Positions 1 to 9,160 of a stretch of 64,000 nucleotides of DNA are shown in pieces. The translations under genes and the position numbers were made by a program. Origin of the DNA: Methanothrix sp. (GTDB lineage Archaea > Halobacteriota > Methanosarcinia > Methanotrichales > Methanotrichaceae); assembly GCA_037128175.1 (NCBI GenBank), contig JBAXWY010000003.1:32001-96000 (forward strand). The letters run 5' to 3'. Below the pieces are notes generated by a model. That model had not been told where the DNA came from, did not search any database, and saw only the letters and a list, made by a program, of their open reading frames with translations. How positions within the stretch are numbered: the first letter of the stretch is position 1; every line of letters starts with the position of its first letter.

Positions 1-234
1 GGTCTGCATGGCATTGGGGCCGATATTTCCTGTAATCAGGGCAGAAACGCCTTGCTTGGCTATTTCCTGGGCCGCCTGTATCCCTGCACCGCTGGATGCA
101 GTTACGTTGGAGTTGGGAATGGAATTCTCGCTCATGCTGTCCAGGTCAACCACTACGAAAAATGGGCATCGTCCAAATCTGGGATCCATGGGGGCATCGA
201 GGCCCGATGCACCTGCAGTAACACATATCTTCAT
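1..234 (-). CDS. NifB/NifX family (dinitrogenase FeMo-cofactor biosynthesis-like) protein, runs off window start
   Basis: Not in ORF track; manual translation MKICVTAGASGLDAPMDPRFGRCPFFVVVD...GAGIQAAQ...LITGNIGPNA matches the family signature (RFGRC..F, GAG, G.IGP.A). Confidence 0.85.
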   Translation of the reverse strand, partial: MKICVTAGASGLDAPMDPRFGRCPFFVVVDLDSMSENSIPNSNVTASSGAGIQAAQEIAKQGVSALITGNIGPNAMQT

Positions 235-510
235 CAAAAAACCTCACTAAATTTTACGAATTTGCAATTACGCGTATATGCGATGTTATATTTAAAACAT
301 TCTGTCAGTTGAAAACCGCACTGAACAAAAAAACACGTGCACGGACAACCACACCCCGGTATATCCTGACAGGACTTCAAACGGATTCAATAATTTTTTG
401 CAGCATTCCCGCCCTTTGCTTCCAGCAGACTATCGGTGCTGCTTTTTCGCCGTATCCCCAACTCAGGGCGCAACGGCTATTGAGGCTAAGGGCGGATAAA
501 AAATATAATT

Positions 511-1164
511 TTAGCCGCGGATTATACCATCGTACTCTTCCTGGGAGAGGTACTCTGGACTATATTCAAACCCCTGCCTTTGCAGGTTATTGACGAAGGC
601 ACGCAGATGGTTTTCTGAGCCACGCTTGAGATTCGCATAAACCAGCAATATGTCCTCTCGGTCTGTTTGAGCCATGCGCTCCTCCAGGTCGAGGATATCT
701 ATCTCCTCTATGGCTGCCCCCACCTGCAGGGCATCCTTTACAGAAGAACTTCCCCGGATCACCAGATCATCATAAAGCCCCTGTAGGGTTTCATTGGAAA
801 ACTCTCCCGCTCCTTTTGTGGGATCTGGCAGAGAGTACCTTTCCAGTAGCGTCTTGACGGCTGCCTCGTGAGTCCTCTCCGCCTTGCCAATGTTGTCAAA
901 GACACGCAGGTTCCACTTTTCATTGAGGGCCAAATAGACGTCACCTGCTAGTTTTTCTTCTTCAGCCATATAGAGCAGGCCCTCTTTCTCTGAGGCGGTC
1001 AATTCCCCGGAAGGCTGTCCCGCCAGGGCCAAACCCAGAGCGCTTTCGTTCAGCTCACTGGTATAGTTATCCTTCACAGTGAGCAGATCCTGGTCTGTTG
1101 CATAAGCCGTGCTTAAGACCGCAAGCATCAGACAGAGACTGCACAAGAGTATTGTCTTCATCAT
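511..1164 (-). CDS. Secreted DUF2202 ferritin-like protein
   Basis: Signal peptide; EEEKLAGDVY, ERTHE, IEEIDILDL, GSENHLRAF di-iron-type motifs. Confidence 0.85.
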   Translation of the reverse strand: MMKTILLCSLCLMLAVLSTAYATDQDLLTVKDNYTSELNESALGLALAGQPSGELTASEKEGLLYMAEEEKLAGDVYLALNEKWNLRVFDNIGKAERTHEAAVKTLLERYSLPDPTKGAGEFSNETLQGLYDDLVIRGSSSVKDALQVGAAIEEIDILDLEERMAQTDREDILLVYANLKRGSENHLRAFVNNLQRQGFEYSPEYLSQEEYDGIIRG

Positions 1165-1283
1165 CCATCACCAGATAAATAGTAATATTGAGAGAAATTA
1201 TTTAAACTTTGGCATGATGGACGCGGTATTTGCGCGTTCTATTATCCGTCAGTTTTAAGCTTTCAGCGCTCTTTACTTTTATC

Positions 1284-2138
1284 ATGCTGAAAGACCTCCG
1301 ACTGATAATTGTGGTTGAGAATTCCGCCTCGCCTGACAACTCATCTCTCTGGGCCCAGCATGGGCTGTCCATCTTTTTGGAGCTGAACTTTGGCTCAGAA
1401 AGCATGAAGCTGCTCTGGGACACAGGAGCCTCCTCCGAGGTCATGTTGCATAATACAGATGCACTGCATCTCGACCTCTGCCATCTCGATCTTATCTGCC
1501 TCAGCCACGGCCATTATGATCACACGGGTGGACTGATGGGGGTCCTGCAGCGCCGAAACGGCAGAGTTTGCATCCTGGCCCATCCCGATATCTTCTTACC
1601 CAAGCTGAAAGAGCGGCCCACACTCCAGTACATAGGAGCGCCCTTCACCCGAAACGAGGCCGAGGCAGCGGGGGCGATAATGCTCGATTGCCGCAGTCCG
1701 CTCGACGTAGCACCGGGGGTCATGACCACCGGTGAGGTGGCGCGCCTGGAGAGCTTTGAGAAGGTGGAGGGCTTTTGTACGGTCAAGGATGGCCAATACT
1801 GCGAAGACAGCATCCCGGACGACCAGGCCCTGGCGATAAACTTGCCGGGCAAAGGGCTTGTCGTCATCACCGGCTGCGCTCACTCCGGAATCATCAATAC
1901 TATCAGGCATGCCCAGAAGATCACGGGTGTCGAGGAGCTTCATGCTGTGGTAGGGGGCTTTCATCTCATGGGAGCGGATGAAAAGCGCATCGATGCGACT
2001 GCAAAGGCGCTGCAGAATCTCGATCCCGCCCTCGTCCGTCCGGGACACTGCACTGGACAAAAGGCCGTCTGTCGGCTGCAGGAGGCTTTGGGCGAGAGAT
2101 GCCGGCCTTTGGCTACCGGAGACTCAATACAGCTCTGA
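1284..2138 (+). CDS. Metallo-beta-lactamase fold hydrolase (MJ0301/COG1237-like)
   Basis: HGLS, DTG, SHGHYDHTGG, GCAHSG, GGFHL, PGHCTG motifs; start moved to ATG at 1284. Confidence 0.85.
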   Translation: MLKDLRLIIVVENSASPDNSSLWAQHGLSIFLELNFGSESMKLLWDTGASSEVMLHNTDALHLDLCHLDLICLSHGHYDHTGGLMGVLQRRNGRVCILAHPDIFLPKLKERPTLQYIGAPFTRNEAEAAGAIMLDCRSPLDVAPGVMTTGEVARLESFEKVEGFCTVKDGQYCEDSIPDDQALAINLPGKGLVVITGCAHSGIINTIRHAQKITGVEELHAVVGGFHLMGADEKRIDATAKALQNLDPALVRPGHCTGQKAVCRLQEALGERCRPLATGDSIQL

Positions 2139-2343
2139 GAATACAGGACGGTAGAAAAGAATGATAGCTTTCGGACCCGTGCCCTCCCGACGGCTGGGTG
2201 GTTGCGGAAAATCTGATTGATCAGGGACAGCTCGTCAAGACCGAATATCAGGGCAACAGTTTCTACCTGAGGCGGCCAAATATATCCATAGAATAGATAA
2301 TCTGATATATTCAGCATACCAATATAAACGCAGGTGTTGCAGT

Positions 2344-3501
2344 ATGAAGCCAATTCTTGTCGCCTTATTGTTAGGTTTGCTGCTCTTGTCCTCCGGCTGC
2401 ATTCAGCCTAAAGAAGTCCCGGTCGTGGAAGAGAAGGCAGCCACTGAAGGGTGGAAAGCTGATGGAATTGTGGGGGATAGCGAATACTCTCGCAGCATGC
2501 TCCTGCAAGGCCCGGCCAGGCAGGGATATACCGGAGGCGAGATGGAGATCTCCTGGAAGAACGATCAGGAATATCTCTACCTGGGCCTGAACGCCAGCAC
2601 TGAAGGTTGGCTAGCCATAGGCTTTGAGCCCCAGGAGTGGATGAAGAACGCCGACATAATCCTCTCTTCGGTACAGGGAAGCAAAGCGACAGTGCTGGAC
2701 GAGTATTGCACGGGCAACTACGGTCCGCATATCGAGGATACCATGCTGGGAGGGACTAGTGATATTGCGGAATTTGGCGGCAGCAAAGGATCCGGTCGCA
2801 CGGTCATCGAGCTGAAGAGAAAGCTGGACACGGGAGATAAGTTCGACAAGGCTTTCTCGCCCGGCCAGGCGATCTCCATAATCTGGGCGCTGTCCCAGGA
2901 ACCCGATATCAGCCTCAAGCACAATGTGGCCTACGGTGAGGGCATCATGACCCTGACCGGTGGGCAGACGATGACTTCTCCGGCTCCAGCTACGGTTGCA
3001 ACCCTAACCATGCGCGAGAAGGAAGGATTGCTCTTCATCTGGGAGGAAGAAAAGGCTGCCCGCGACCTGTACACCTCACTTTATGATAAGAACAACCTCT
3101 CCATCTTCATGAATCTGCGAAGATCGGAGCAAAGTCACATGGACCTGGCCAAAGCCATCATAGACAAATACGGGCTTGCGATTCCAGGAAAGGATGAGCA
3201 GGGAGTATTTCAGAACCAGACTTTGCAGAAGATTCACGACGAGCTTCTGACAGAAGGATTGCGATCTGATCAGGATGCACTGATGGTGGCTGCCGCCTTC
3301 GAGGAGATTAGCATCATGGACCTAGAGAAAGAGTTGGCATCGACGGCGACGGAAGATATAAGGGTTGTATACCATGGGCTGCTGGCCGGCTCCAGAAAAC
3401 ATCTGCGCTCATACGTCGCCGACCTGCAGGGTAGTGGAATACAATACGCACCAGAGTACCTGAGCCAAAGAGAGTTTGAAGAGATTATTAAAGCCAGCTA
3501 A
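2344..3501 (+). CDS. Lipoprotein with DOMON-like domain and C-terminal DUF2202 ferritin-like domain
   Basis: Lipobox LSSGC; GWLAIGF...M.NADII (DOMON-like); EEEKAARDLY, SEQSHM, GSRKHLRSY (DUF2202). Confidence 0.75.
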   Translation: MKPILVALLLGLLLLSSGCIQPKEVPVVEEKAATEGWKADGIVGDSEYSRSMLLQGPARQGYTGGEMEISWKNDQEYLYLGLNASTEGWLAIGFEPQEWMKNADIILSSVQGSKATVLDEYCTGNYGPHIEDTMLGGTSDIAEFGGSKGSGRTVIELKRKLDTGDKFDKAFSPGQAISIIWALSQEPDISLKHNVAYGEGIMTLTGGQTMTSPAPATVATLTMREKEGLLFIWEEEKAARDLYTSLYDKNNLSIFMNLRRSEQSHMDLAKAIIDKYGLAIPGKDEQGVFQNQTLQKIHDELLTEGLRSDQDALMVAAAFEEISIMDLEKELASTATEDIRVVYHGLLAGSRKHLRSYVADLQGSGIQYAPEYLSQREFEEIIKAS

Positions 3502-3566
3502 GCCTGCAATCCAAAATCATGGGGAGCCACCTGGGCTCCCTATTTCAAAAAACCTTTTACGCACAC

Positions 3567-4154
3567 CTATGCCGATCGGCTGCCCTGGATGGTCCCAGAC
3601 CATGCCTGCCCCTGAGCGTCGAAGACATTGAAGCTGCCGGAGAGGAAGTCCTTGCTCATCGTCAGAGTGCACCGGTAGAGCATCAACTCCTCTGCATTCA
3701 TCAGATCTAAATAGAGCACATCTTTCACGGCCTGACCGCTGGCGGAGAGGGCATTGCTGGAGCCGCCCAAAGATAATGTGCCGCGTCCAAAGACGGCATC
3801 CCGGTTCTGGACAAGCAGCAGATCGACCTTACCAGGCATGCCGCCCAGTAAATTCAGATTCCAATTGCCCCGCAGGTCTTGTGCAGTCGGTAAAAAGGGG
3901 CCCAGATACTCTCTGCCGCGGATTTTATCCAGAAACTCCGCCGTGTGCTCCGGGTCGAGCGGGCCCATCAAGGGATCCAAGCCCAGAGGATCGGCTTTTG
4001 AATCGAAATCGTTTAGTGTATCCAAGCTGCCCGTTCTTTTCATATCCTCCGGCAAAGTGAAGATGTCACTTCCCAATGGATCGTATTGAGCCTGGGACTG
4101 CGCCGTCAGGAACATGACCAAGGCCGCCCAGGCCACCAGCATCTTTGCAAACAT
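3567..4154 (-). CDS. Secreted hypothetical protein (beta-rich C-terminal domain)
   Basis: Signal peptide MFAKMLVAWAALVMFLTAQSQA; start at ATG 4154 avoids overlap with upstream gene. Confidence 0.65.
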   Translation of the reverse strand: MFAKMLVAWAALVMFLTAQSQAQYDPLGSDIFTLPEDMKRTGSLDTLNDFDSKADPLGLDPLMGPLDPEHTAEFLDKIRGREYLGPFLPTAQDLRGNWNLNLLGGMPGKVDLLLVQNRDAVFGRGTLSLGGSSNALSASGQAVKDVLYLDLMNAEELMLYRCTLTMSKDFLSGSFNVFDAQGQAWSGTIQGSRSA

Positions 4155-4252
4155 TAAGTCAAACCCCCAATATCTTATTTCCCCAATGGGCATAAAAGCC
4201 GGCCCTTCATATGAGCGCCACAGAGAACCTACATGATCGCAGAGAGGCTGTT

Positions 4253-5107
4253 TCAAATCTCTTTTTCCAGAACTCCCCACATCTCAGATATGGCATCCGC
4301 TACCGGCCCGCCATTCTCCGCAACTGCCCGACCCAGTACCATGGCCTCTACCACAGAAGGGTGGAAGGGCAGCCTTCCCGCGACCATAACTGATCGCTCA
4401 AGACAGAGGGCTTCGATGTGCTGGGCCGCCACTGGGTTGAGGTCGTATTTGTTTATGCAGACGGCAGTATTGATGCCGAAGTGACGGGCCACGTCCAGGA
4501 TCCTCTCCAGATCGTGCTCGCCGGTGATGGTGGGTTCGGTCACCACCAGGGCCAGGTCTACTCCAGTAAGCGAGGCTATCACCGGGCAGCCGATGCCGGG
4601 TGAGCCGTCTATCAGGATCAAATCCAGCTTATGCATAGCAGCCAAGTCGCGAGCCATTTCCCTTACCATGGCCACCAATTTTCCGGATGCTTCCTCGCCC
4701 GGTAACAGCTCGGCATGCACCAGAGGGCCAAACCTGGTATCGGATAGATAGGCATAGCCAGCGAGACACTCTCTCATCTCCACAGCTTCAGCCGGGCAGA
4801 CCAATTTGCAAACGCCGCAGCCCTCACAGAGGGCAGGATCGACCTGAAAGTCGGCAATGGCCGCAAAGCGGCAGGCATCCTGGCATGAATCGCACCGGGT
4901 GCATTTTGAGCTGTCGATGAACGCTCTCTTAATGCCGAAGAACTGGCGACGCTCTCTGATCTGGGGCAGGAGGATGAGGTGCAGGTCGGGTGCGTCCACA
5001 TCGCAGTCGGCATAGACGGCCTGGCCGCTCGTCAAAGCCGCCAAAGAGGCAACAATAGAGGTCTTGCCCGTACCTCCTTTGCCGCTTACAACTGCCATCT
5101 GCTTCAT
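4253..5107 (-). CDS. MinD-superfamily P-loop ATPase with inserted 2x[4Fe-4S] ferredoxin domain
   Basis: SGKGGTGKT, DCDVDAPD, CTRCDSCQDAC and CEGCGVCKLVCP, DGSPGIGC. Confidence 0.9.
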   Translation of the reverse strand: MKQMAVVSGKGGTGKTSIVASLAALTSGQAVYADCDVDAPDLHLILLPQIRERRQFFGIKRAFIDSSKCTRCDSCQDACRFAAIADFQVDPALCEGCGVCKLVCPAEAVEMRECLAGYAYLSDTRFGPLVHAELLPGEEASGKLVAMVREMARDLAAMHKLDLILIDGSPGIGCPVIASLTGVDLALVVTEPTITGEHDLERILDVARHFGINTAVCINKYDLNPVAAQHIEALCLERSVMVAGRLPFHPSVVEAMVLGRAVAENGGPVADAISEMWGVLEKEI

Positions 5108-5949
5108 GAGATCATCTCCTCAATTTCCCGGACCATGCAGACAAATTTTGTCTTCGACTGCGGCATCTTCTCAGCAAATATCTCTCCGCGGGAGTAGAGC
5201 TCTGCTATCTTTCGATCCAGGGGAATTTCCATAAGCAGGGGTATGTTTCTTTTCTTCAGGTACTCGTAGACCTTTCTGTCTCCCATGCCGCTCTTGTTGA
5301 CCAGGACGGCGCGCGGGATATTCATCTTCTCCAGCAGCCGAAGAGCGATGTTCAGATCATAAAGGCCGAAGGGCGTGGATTCTGTGACCAGAAGGCAAAA
5401 GTCGGTGCCGCGCACAGACTCCACCAGGGAGCAGGAGGTGCCGGGCGGACAGTCCACGATAACCGTCTCGCCCTCAGCCCCATCCTTCACGGCCTTGATG
5501 AGGGGAGTGGTGCGCGCCTCGCCTAAGGCTAGCTCGCCCCAGATGATCTCCACGTCACCGGATTGAGCCCGAAATATCTCTCCTACAGAGCGGGAGGTTT
5601 CACTGACAGCCTTCTCGGGGCAGATGATAGTGCATGCGCCGCAGCCGTGGCACAGTTCCGGGAATAGGAGAACCGTCTCAGGGAGCACGGCCATAGCGTG
5701 ATAGGCGCATACTTCGGAGCATTTGCCGCAGTGCGTGCACTTCGCCTCATTGATGACCGGCACGGGAACGAGACATCCTTTCCTCTCCAAAAGCGTCCTT
5801 TCCGGAAAGAACAGGTAGGCATTGGGCTCCTCGACATCGCAGTCGGCGATTGTGACCGATGTCCTGGGCGTGGCCAGAGAAGCGGCCATGCTCGTAGCCA
5901 CCAGGGTCTTGCCCGTGCCGCCCTTACCGCTAGCTATGGAAATCTTCAA
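5104..5949 (-). CDS. MinD-superfamily P-loop ATPase with inserted ferredoxin domain (paralog)
   Basis: SGKGGTGKT, DCDVEEPN, CTHCGKC and CHGCGAC, DCPPGTSC; 4-nt overlap with next gene. Confidence 0.9.
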   Translation of the reverse strand: MKISIASGKGGTGKTLVATSMAASLATPRTSVTIADCDVEEPNAYLFFPERTLLERKGCLVPVPVINEAKCTHCGKCSEVCAYHAMAVLPETVLLFPELCHGCGACTIICPEKAVSETSRSVGEIFRAQSGDVEIIWGELALGEARTTPLIKAVKDGAEGETVIVDCPPGTSCSLVESVRGTDFCLLVTESTPFGLYDLNIALRLLEKMNIPRAVLVNKSGMGDRKVYEYLKKRNIPLLMEIPLDRKIAELYSRGEIFAEKMPQSKTKFVCMVREIEEMIS

Positions 5950-5960
5950 TTGATTAGTAA

Positions 5961-5983
5961 CTTATGAGATTATATACTTAAAT
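5961..5983 (-). promoter_or_regulatory. TATA box followed by ATCTCATAAG motif upstream of the ATPase pair
   Basis: Minus strand TTTAAGTATATAATCTCATAAG; near-identical motif at 6501-6521 on plus strand. Confidence 0.4.
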
Positions 5984-6054
5984 ATTTCTATAAATGCCTA
6001 TGCTTTTCGTCAGGGGAGCAGTCACAAATACGACCTTTGCGCTATGTGATCATC

Positions 6055-6504
6055 ATGTGTTCTTGTCGAGGAAGAAGAAGGGGAAGACGCTGGATCTCAG
6101 AGGTTCCAACCGTACGATGCTTTATGCCGGAGGGCTGTCCCAAGATTGAGGCTATATCCGTAACTCTAGAGGAGCTGGAGACGGTGCGGCTGGTGGACCT
6201 GCTGGAGCTGGACCAGGAGGCTGCGGCATTTTATATGGGCATCTCCAGGAAAGCCCTCTGGAACGATCTGATGAATGCCAGAAAAAAAATCGCTGCCGCC
6301 CTGGTCTACGGGATGGGGCTTAGGATCGAAGGAGGCAGCTTTGCCCTACGGGGAGGAGACGGCTCGGAAGTGATGGAGGAACAGTCCAGCCAGCATGAAA
6401 TCCAGCTCATGGAAAGGGAGCTGGCACTTCTCCGATCGCGACTGGAGCACCTTAGCTCTAAGCTTGCTGATTTAAAGGGATCGGACAATATTAGCAAAGA
6501 TTAA
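6055..6504 (+). CDS. DUF134 family HTH DNA-binding protein
   Basis: R-rich N-terminus, LEELETVRLVDL...Q..AA..MGISR...ARKKIA.AL..G..L.IEGG. Confidence 0.9.
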   Translation: MCSCRGRRRGRRWISEVPTVRCFMPEGCPKIEAISVTLEELETVRLVDLLELDQEAAAFYMGISRKALWNDLMNARKKIAAALVYGMGLRIEGGSFALRGGDGSEVMEEQSSQHEIQLMERELALLRSRLEHLSSKLADLKGSDNISKD

Positions 6505-6521
6505 ATATATGATCTCATAAG
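6501..6521 (+). promoter_or_regulatory. TATA box followed by ATCTCATAAG motif upstream of Mrp
   Basis: TTAAATATATGATCTCATAAG. Confidence 0.4.
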
Positions 6522-6557
6522 CTCCTATTTTTGCTGAGAAGAAAATTTGGTGTTTAC

Positions 6558-7466
6558 ATGATTGCGCCCCCATCAAATGAAGCCGGCAAAGAGAGCTGCG
6601 AGGGCCTTTGCAGCTCCTGCGCCGACAAAGGAAGCTGTGATGACCCTAGAGCCCGGCAAAAAGAGACTGTGGACCGCATAACCAGGATCAAGCACAAGAT
6701 CGTGATAGGAAGCGAAAAGGGCGGCGTGGGCAAGAGCACCGTTACCGTAAATTTAGCCGCCGCACTGCAAAGCAGGGGCTTTAAAGTGGGCATCCTGGAC
6801 GCGGACATCACCGGCCCCAATATCCCCAAGCTGCTGGGAATTGAGGACCAGAAAATGATTGCAGGCCCGGAGGGGCTCGAGCCGGCAGATGCCGCCGGCA
6901 TCAAGGTCGTCTCCATGGCTCTGCTCCTCAAGAGCCGGGACTCGCCCGTGGTCTGGCGCGGCCCCATGAAGATGGCAGCCTTAAAGCAGTTCGTATCCGA
7001 TGTCAACTGGGGCGATCTCGACTTCCTGCTGGTGGACCTGCCCCCCGGAACCAGCGACGAGCCCATCAGTATCGCTCAACTAATCTCCGGCCTGGATGGA
7101 GCCGTCATTGTCACCACTCCTCAAGAGGTGGCTCTGCTGGATTCCCGCAAGGCGGTGAACATGTTCCTCATGATGAATGTGCCCATGCTGGGCATAATCG
7201 AGAACATGAGCGGACTTATCTGCCCCCACTGCGGCGAAAAGATAGAGGTTTTCAAAACGGGCGGCGAGGAGAAGGCAGCCAAAGAATTGGATGTGCCTTT
7301 CCTGGGAGCCATACCTTTGGACACGGAGATCGGTAGACTGGGCGATATGGGACAAACATTCGACAAGAACGGGACATTGGCGGCAAAGGCATTCGACAAG
7401 ATTGTGGGTGCCATCCTGGTTAGGCTATCTGGCAGCGACGCTCCATCGCTGGACCAAAATATTTAA
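6558..7466 (+). CDS. Mrp/NBP35 family Fe-S cluster carrier ATPase
   Basis: N-terminal Cys cluster, KGGVGKST, WRGP, DLPPGTSDE, ENMS..CPHC. Confidence 0.92.
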   Translation: MIAPPSNEAGKESCEGLCSSCADKGSCDDPRARQKETVDRITRIKHKIVIGSEKGGVGKSTVTVNLAAALQSRGFKVGILDADITGPNIPKLLGIEDQKMIAGPEGLEPADAAGIKVVSMALLLKSRDSPVVWRGPMKMAALKQFVSDVNWGDLDFLLVDLPPGTSDEPISIAQLISGLDGAVIVTTPQEVALLDSRKAVNMFLMMNVPMLGIIENMSGLICPHCGEKIEVFKTGGEEKAAKELDVPFLGAIPLDTEIGRLGDMGQTFDKNGTLAAKAFDKIVGAILVRLSGSDAPSLDQNI

Positions 7467-7610
7467 CTATTTATTTACATATATGAGAGTTAATAGCTGA
7501 CGTTGTGGGCTAGACAGTACAAATACTGTGCAGAAGCGGACACAAATGGTAACTAGAACGAGATTCGCCTCTCTCAAGAAAATCTGTCGGCTCACTCTGG
7601 ATTGATTTTT

Positions 7611-8084
7611 ATGAAAAAGATTCAGGATGTTAAAGGACTTGGCGGTATGCTGAATGGCTTTAGAGATCTGGTGAAAGATGAGAAGAAGATAACCTTCGTT
7701 GGTTCTCCTGGTTTTTGTACGCCCTTCGCGCTCTTCTTGGGCTATCCGGTTCGCGACAAGGAGTTGGCTTTTGTAGCAGGCTTGGAAAAGGAAAAGGCGC
7801 GCAAGATAATCACATCCGAGTATGGATTAGAACTTGGCGAGAAGAGTGGCACCGATGCGGACGTGGTCGTAATTTTAGGAGGTATGGCCATCCCTAAGAT
7901 AGGTGTGAAATCAGATGAAATGAAGGATTTTTTGACCAAGATGAAATACAAAAAACTCATTGGAGTCTGCTTCATGTCCATCTTCGAGAAGTCTGGATGG
8001 TGTCAGGCCTTGGAATTCGATTATGTCATGAACCTGATCATAGATGGAAATGTGTCCAAATGGACTATGGAGAACTCCGATTAA
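7611..8084 (+). CDS. DUF2124 family methanogen protein
   Basis: GSPGFCTPFA, LGGMAIPK, IGVCFMSIF pattern. Confidence 0.75.
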   Translation: MKKIQDVKGLGGMLNGFRDLVKDEKKITFVGSPGFCTPFALFLGYPVRDKELAFVAGLEKEKARKIITSEYGLELGEKSGTDADVVVILGGMAIPKIGVKSDEMKDFLTKMKYKKLIGVCFMSIFEKSGWCQALEFDYVMNLIIDGNVSKWTMENSD

Positions 8085-8132
8085 CCTCAAATTAGTACGT
8101 ACTCGTGTAGGTAATATATCTGGCAAAATAAA

Positions 8133-8402
8133 ATGTCAAACCTGTTCTGTGATCCCTGGGGAGAAAGATCAAAATTGGTGTTCAGGGAGATTCACGGCCT
8201 TACAGGAACTGAAGGACTGACTGATCTGCAGAAAGAGATCTATGAATATATCGAATTGAAAGGCAAAGTCACCCGCATTGAGCTGGCTGACAAGTTTTTA
8301 TTATCATCAGTTGATTTAGATAACCAGTTTGCCATCATGAGGCACTGCCAGCTCTTGAAAGGCAAGAAGGAAGGTGACGAAGTTTACCTGGTCCCCTGGT
8401 AA
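8133..8402 (+). CDS. Small winged-helix-like hypothetical protein
   Basis: LTDLQKEIYEYI...VTRIELADKF helix-turn-helix-like pattern. Confidence 0.6.
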   Translation: MSNLFCDPWGERSKLVFREIHGLTGTEGLTDLQKEIYEYIELKGKVTRIELADKFLLSSVDLDNQFAIMRHCQLLKGKKEGDEVYLVPW

Positions 8403-8428
8403 TAGCACCATTTCTAAATATGCATCAT

Positions 8429-9001
8429 TCACCTTTTCCTGAGAACTATGGTGTAATGGTATGGTCCCGCTTCCAGAATGCTTTCTCTTGAGAAACCATA
8501 TCTTGCAGCTAATGTTTCAACATCATCAGGGCTGAGTCGCATAGAAAGTGGTGGACCCATTGGGGACTCTTGTTTCTTGAATTCCACAACAGCTAATCTT
8601 CCATTCTGTGCAGTAACTCTGCCTATCTCTTTGAGAGTGCTATCCGCCTCTCCATTTGCTACCAGTCCGTGCAGAACATTGGACATAAATGCCAAGTTGA
8701 TATTTCCCTCCGGTAGAGGTAACTCTTTTGTGATGTCTACAACAGATGCCTTGATATTGGACAACTTCTTCTTAGCTACCTCTTTCTGCAATTGGGAGAT
8801 AGATTCATGGTCCACGTCGAATGCATAGACTATGCCGTCTTTACCGACAACCTGCGATGTTGCGATAGAGAAATGACCATTGCCTGATCCTAGATCCAGG
8901 AACCGGTCGCCCTCATTGATGCCGATGTCTTTCAGGATCTTCTCCGAATTCAGGAAACCTTTGCTTGACTTACCATGGTGTTCGTGCCTATTCTCTGCCA
9001 T
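8429..9001 (-). CDS. Class I SAM-dependent methyltransferase
   Basis: FLDLGSGNG motif I, VYAFDVD, NVLH, GPP..MR. Confidence 0.88.
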   Translation of the reverse strand: MAENRHEHHGKSSKGFLNSEKILKDIGINEGDRFLDLGSGNGHFSIATSQVVGKDGIVYAFDVDHESISQLQKEVAKKKLSNIKASVVDITKELPLPEGNINLAFMSNVLHGLVANGEADSTLKEIGRVTAQNGRLAVVEFKKQESPMGPPLSMRLSPDDVETLAARYGFSRESILEAGPYHYTIVLRKR

Positions 9002-9128
9002 TCACATTACCATGTCGGCGATTCTCTAATAAGTTGTCGCTGAACATAGTGAGGTGCTACCCCATCTGGGCAGGTTACATCAGGACAAAATCTGCGGTAA
9101 TCGCGTATGCAAGTTGCTGAAATCAACT

Positions 9129-9145
9129 AAAAAAGAAAAAAAGAG
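9129..9145 (-). terminator. Oligo-T terminator downstream of mcrA
   Basis: Two T-runs on the minus strand about 20 nt past the mcrA stop. Confidence 0.55.
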
Positions 9146-9160
9146 TTGTAGGCTTTTGGC

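Noticed and set aside
6710-6745. Mrp Walker A reads SEKGGVGKS instead of SGKGGVGKS
   Set aside because: Single substitution with both lysines retained; could be a variant or sequencing error
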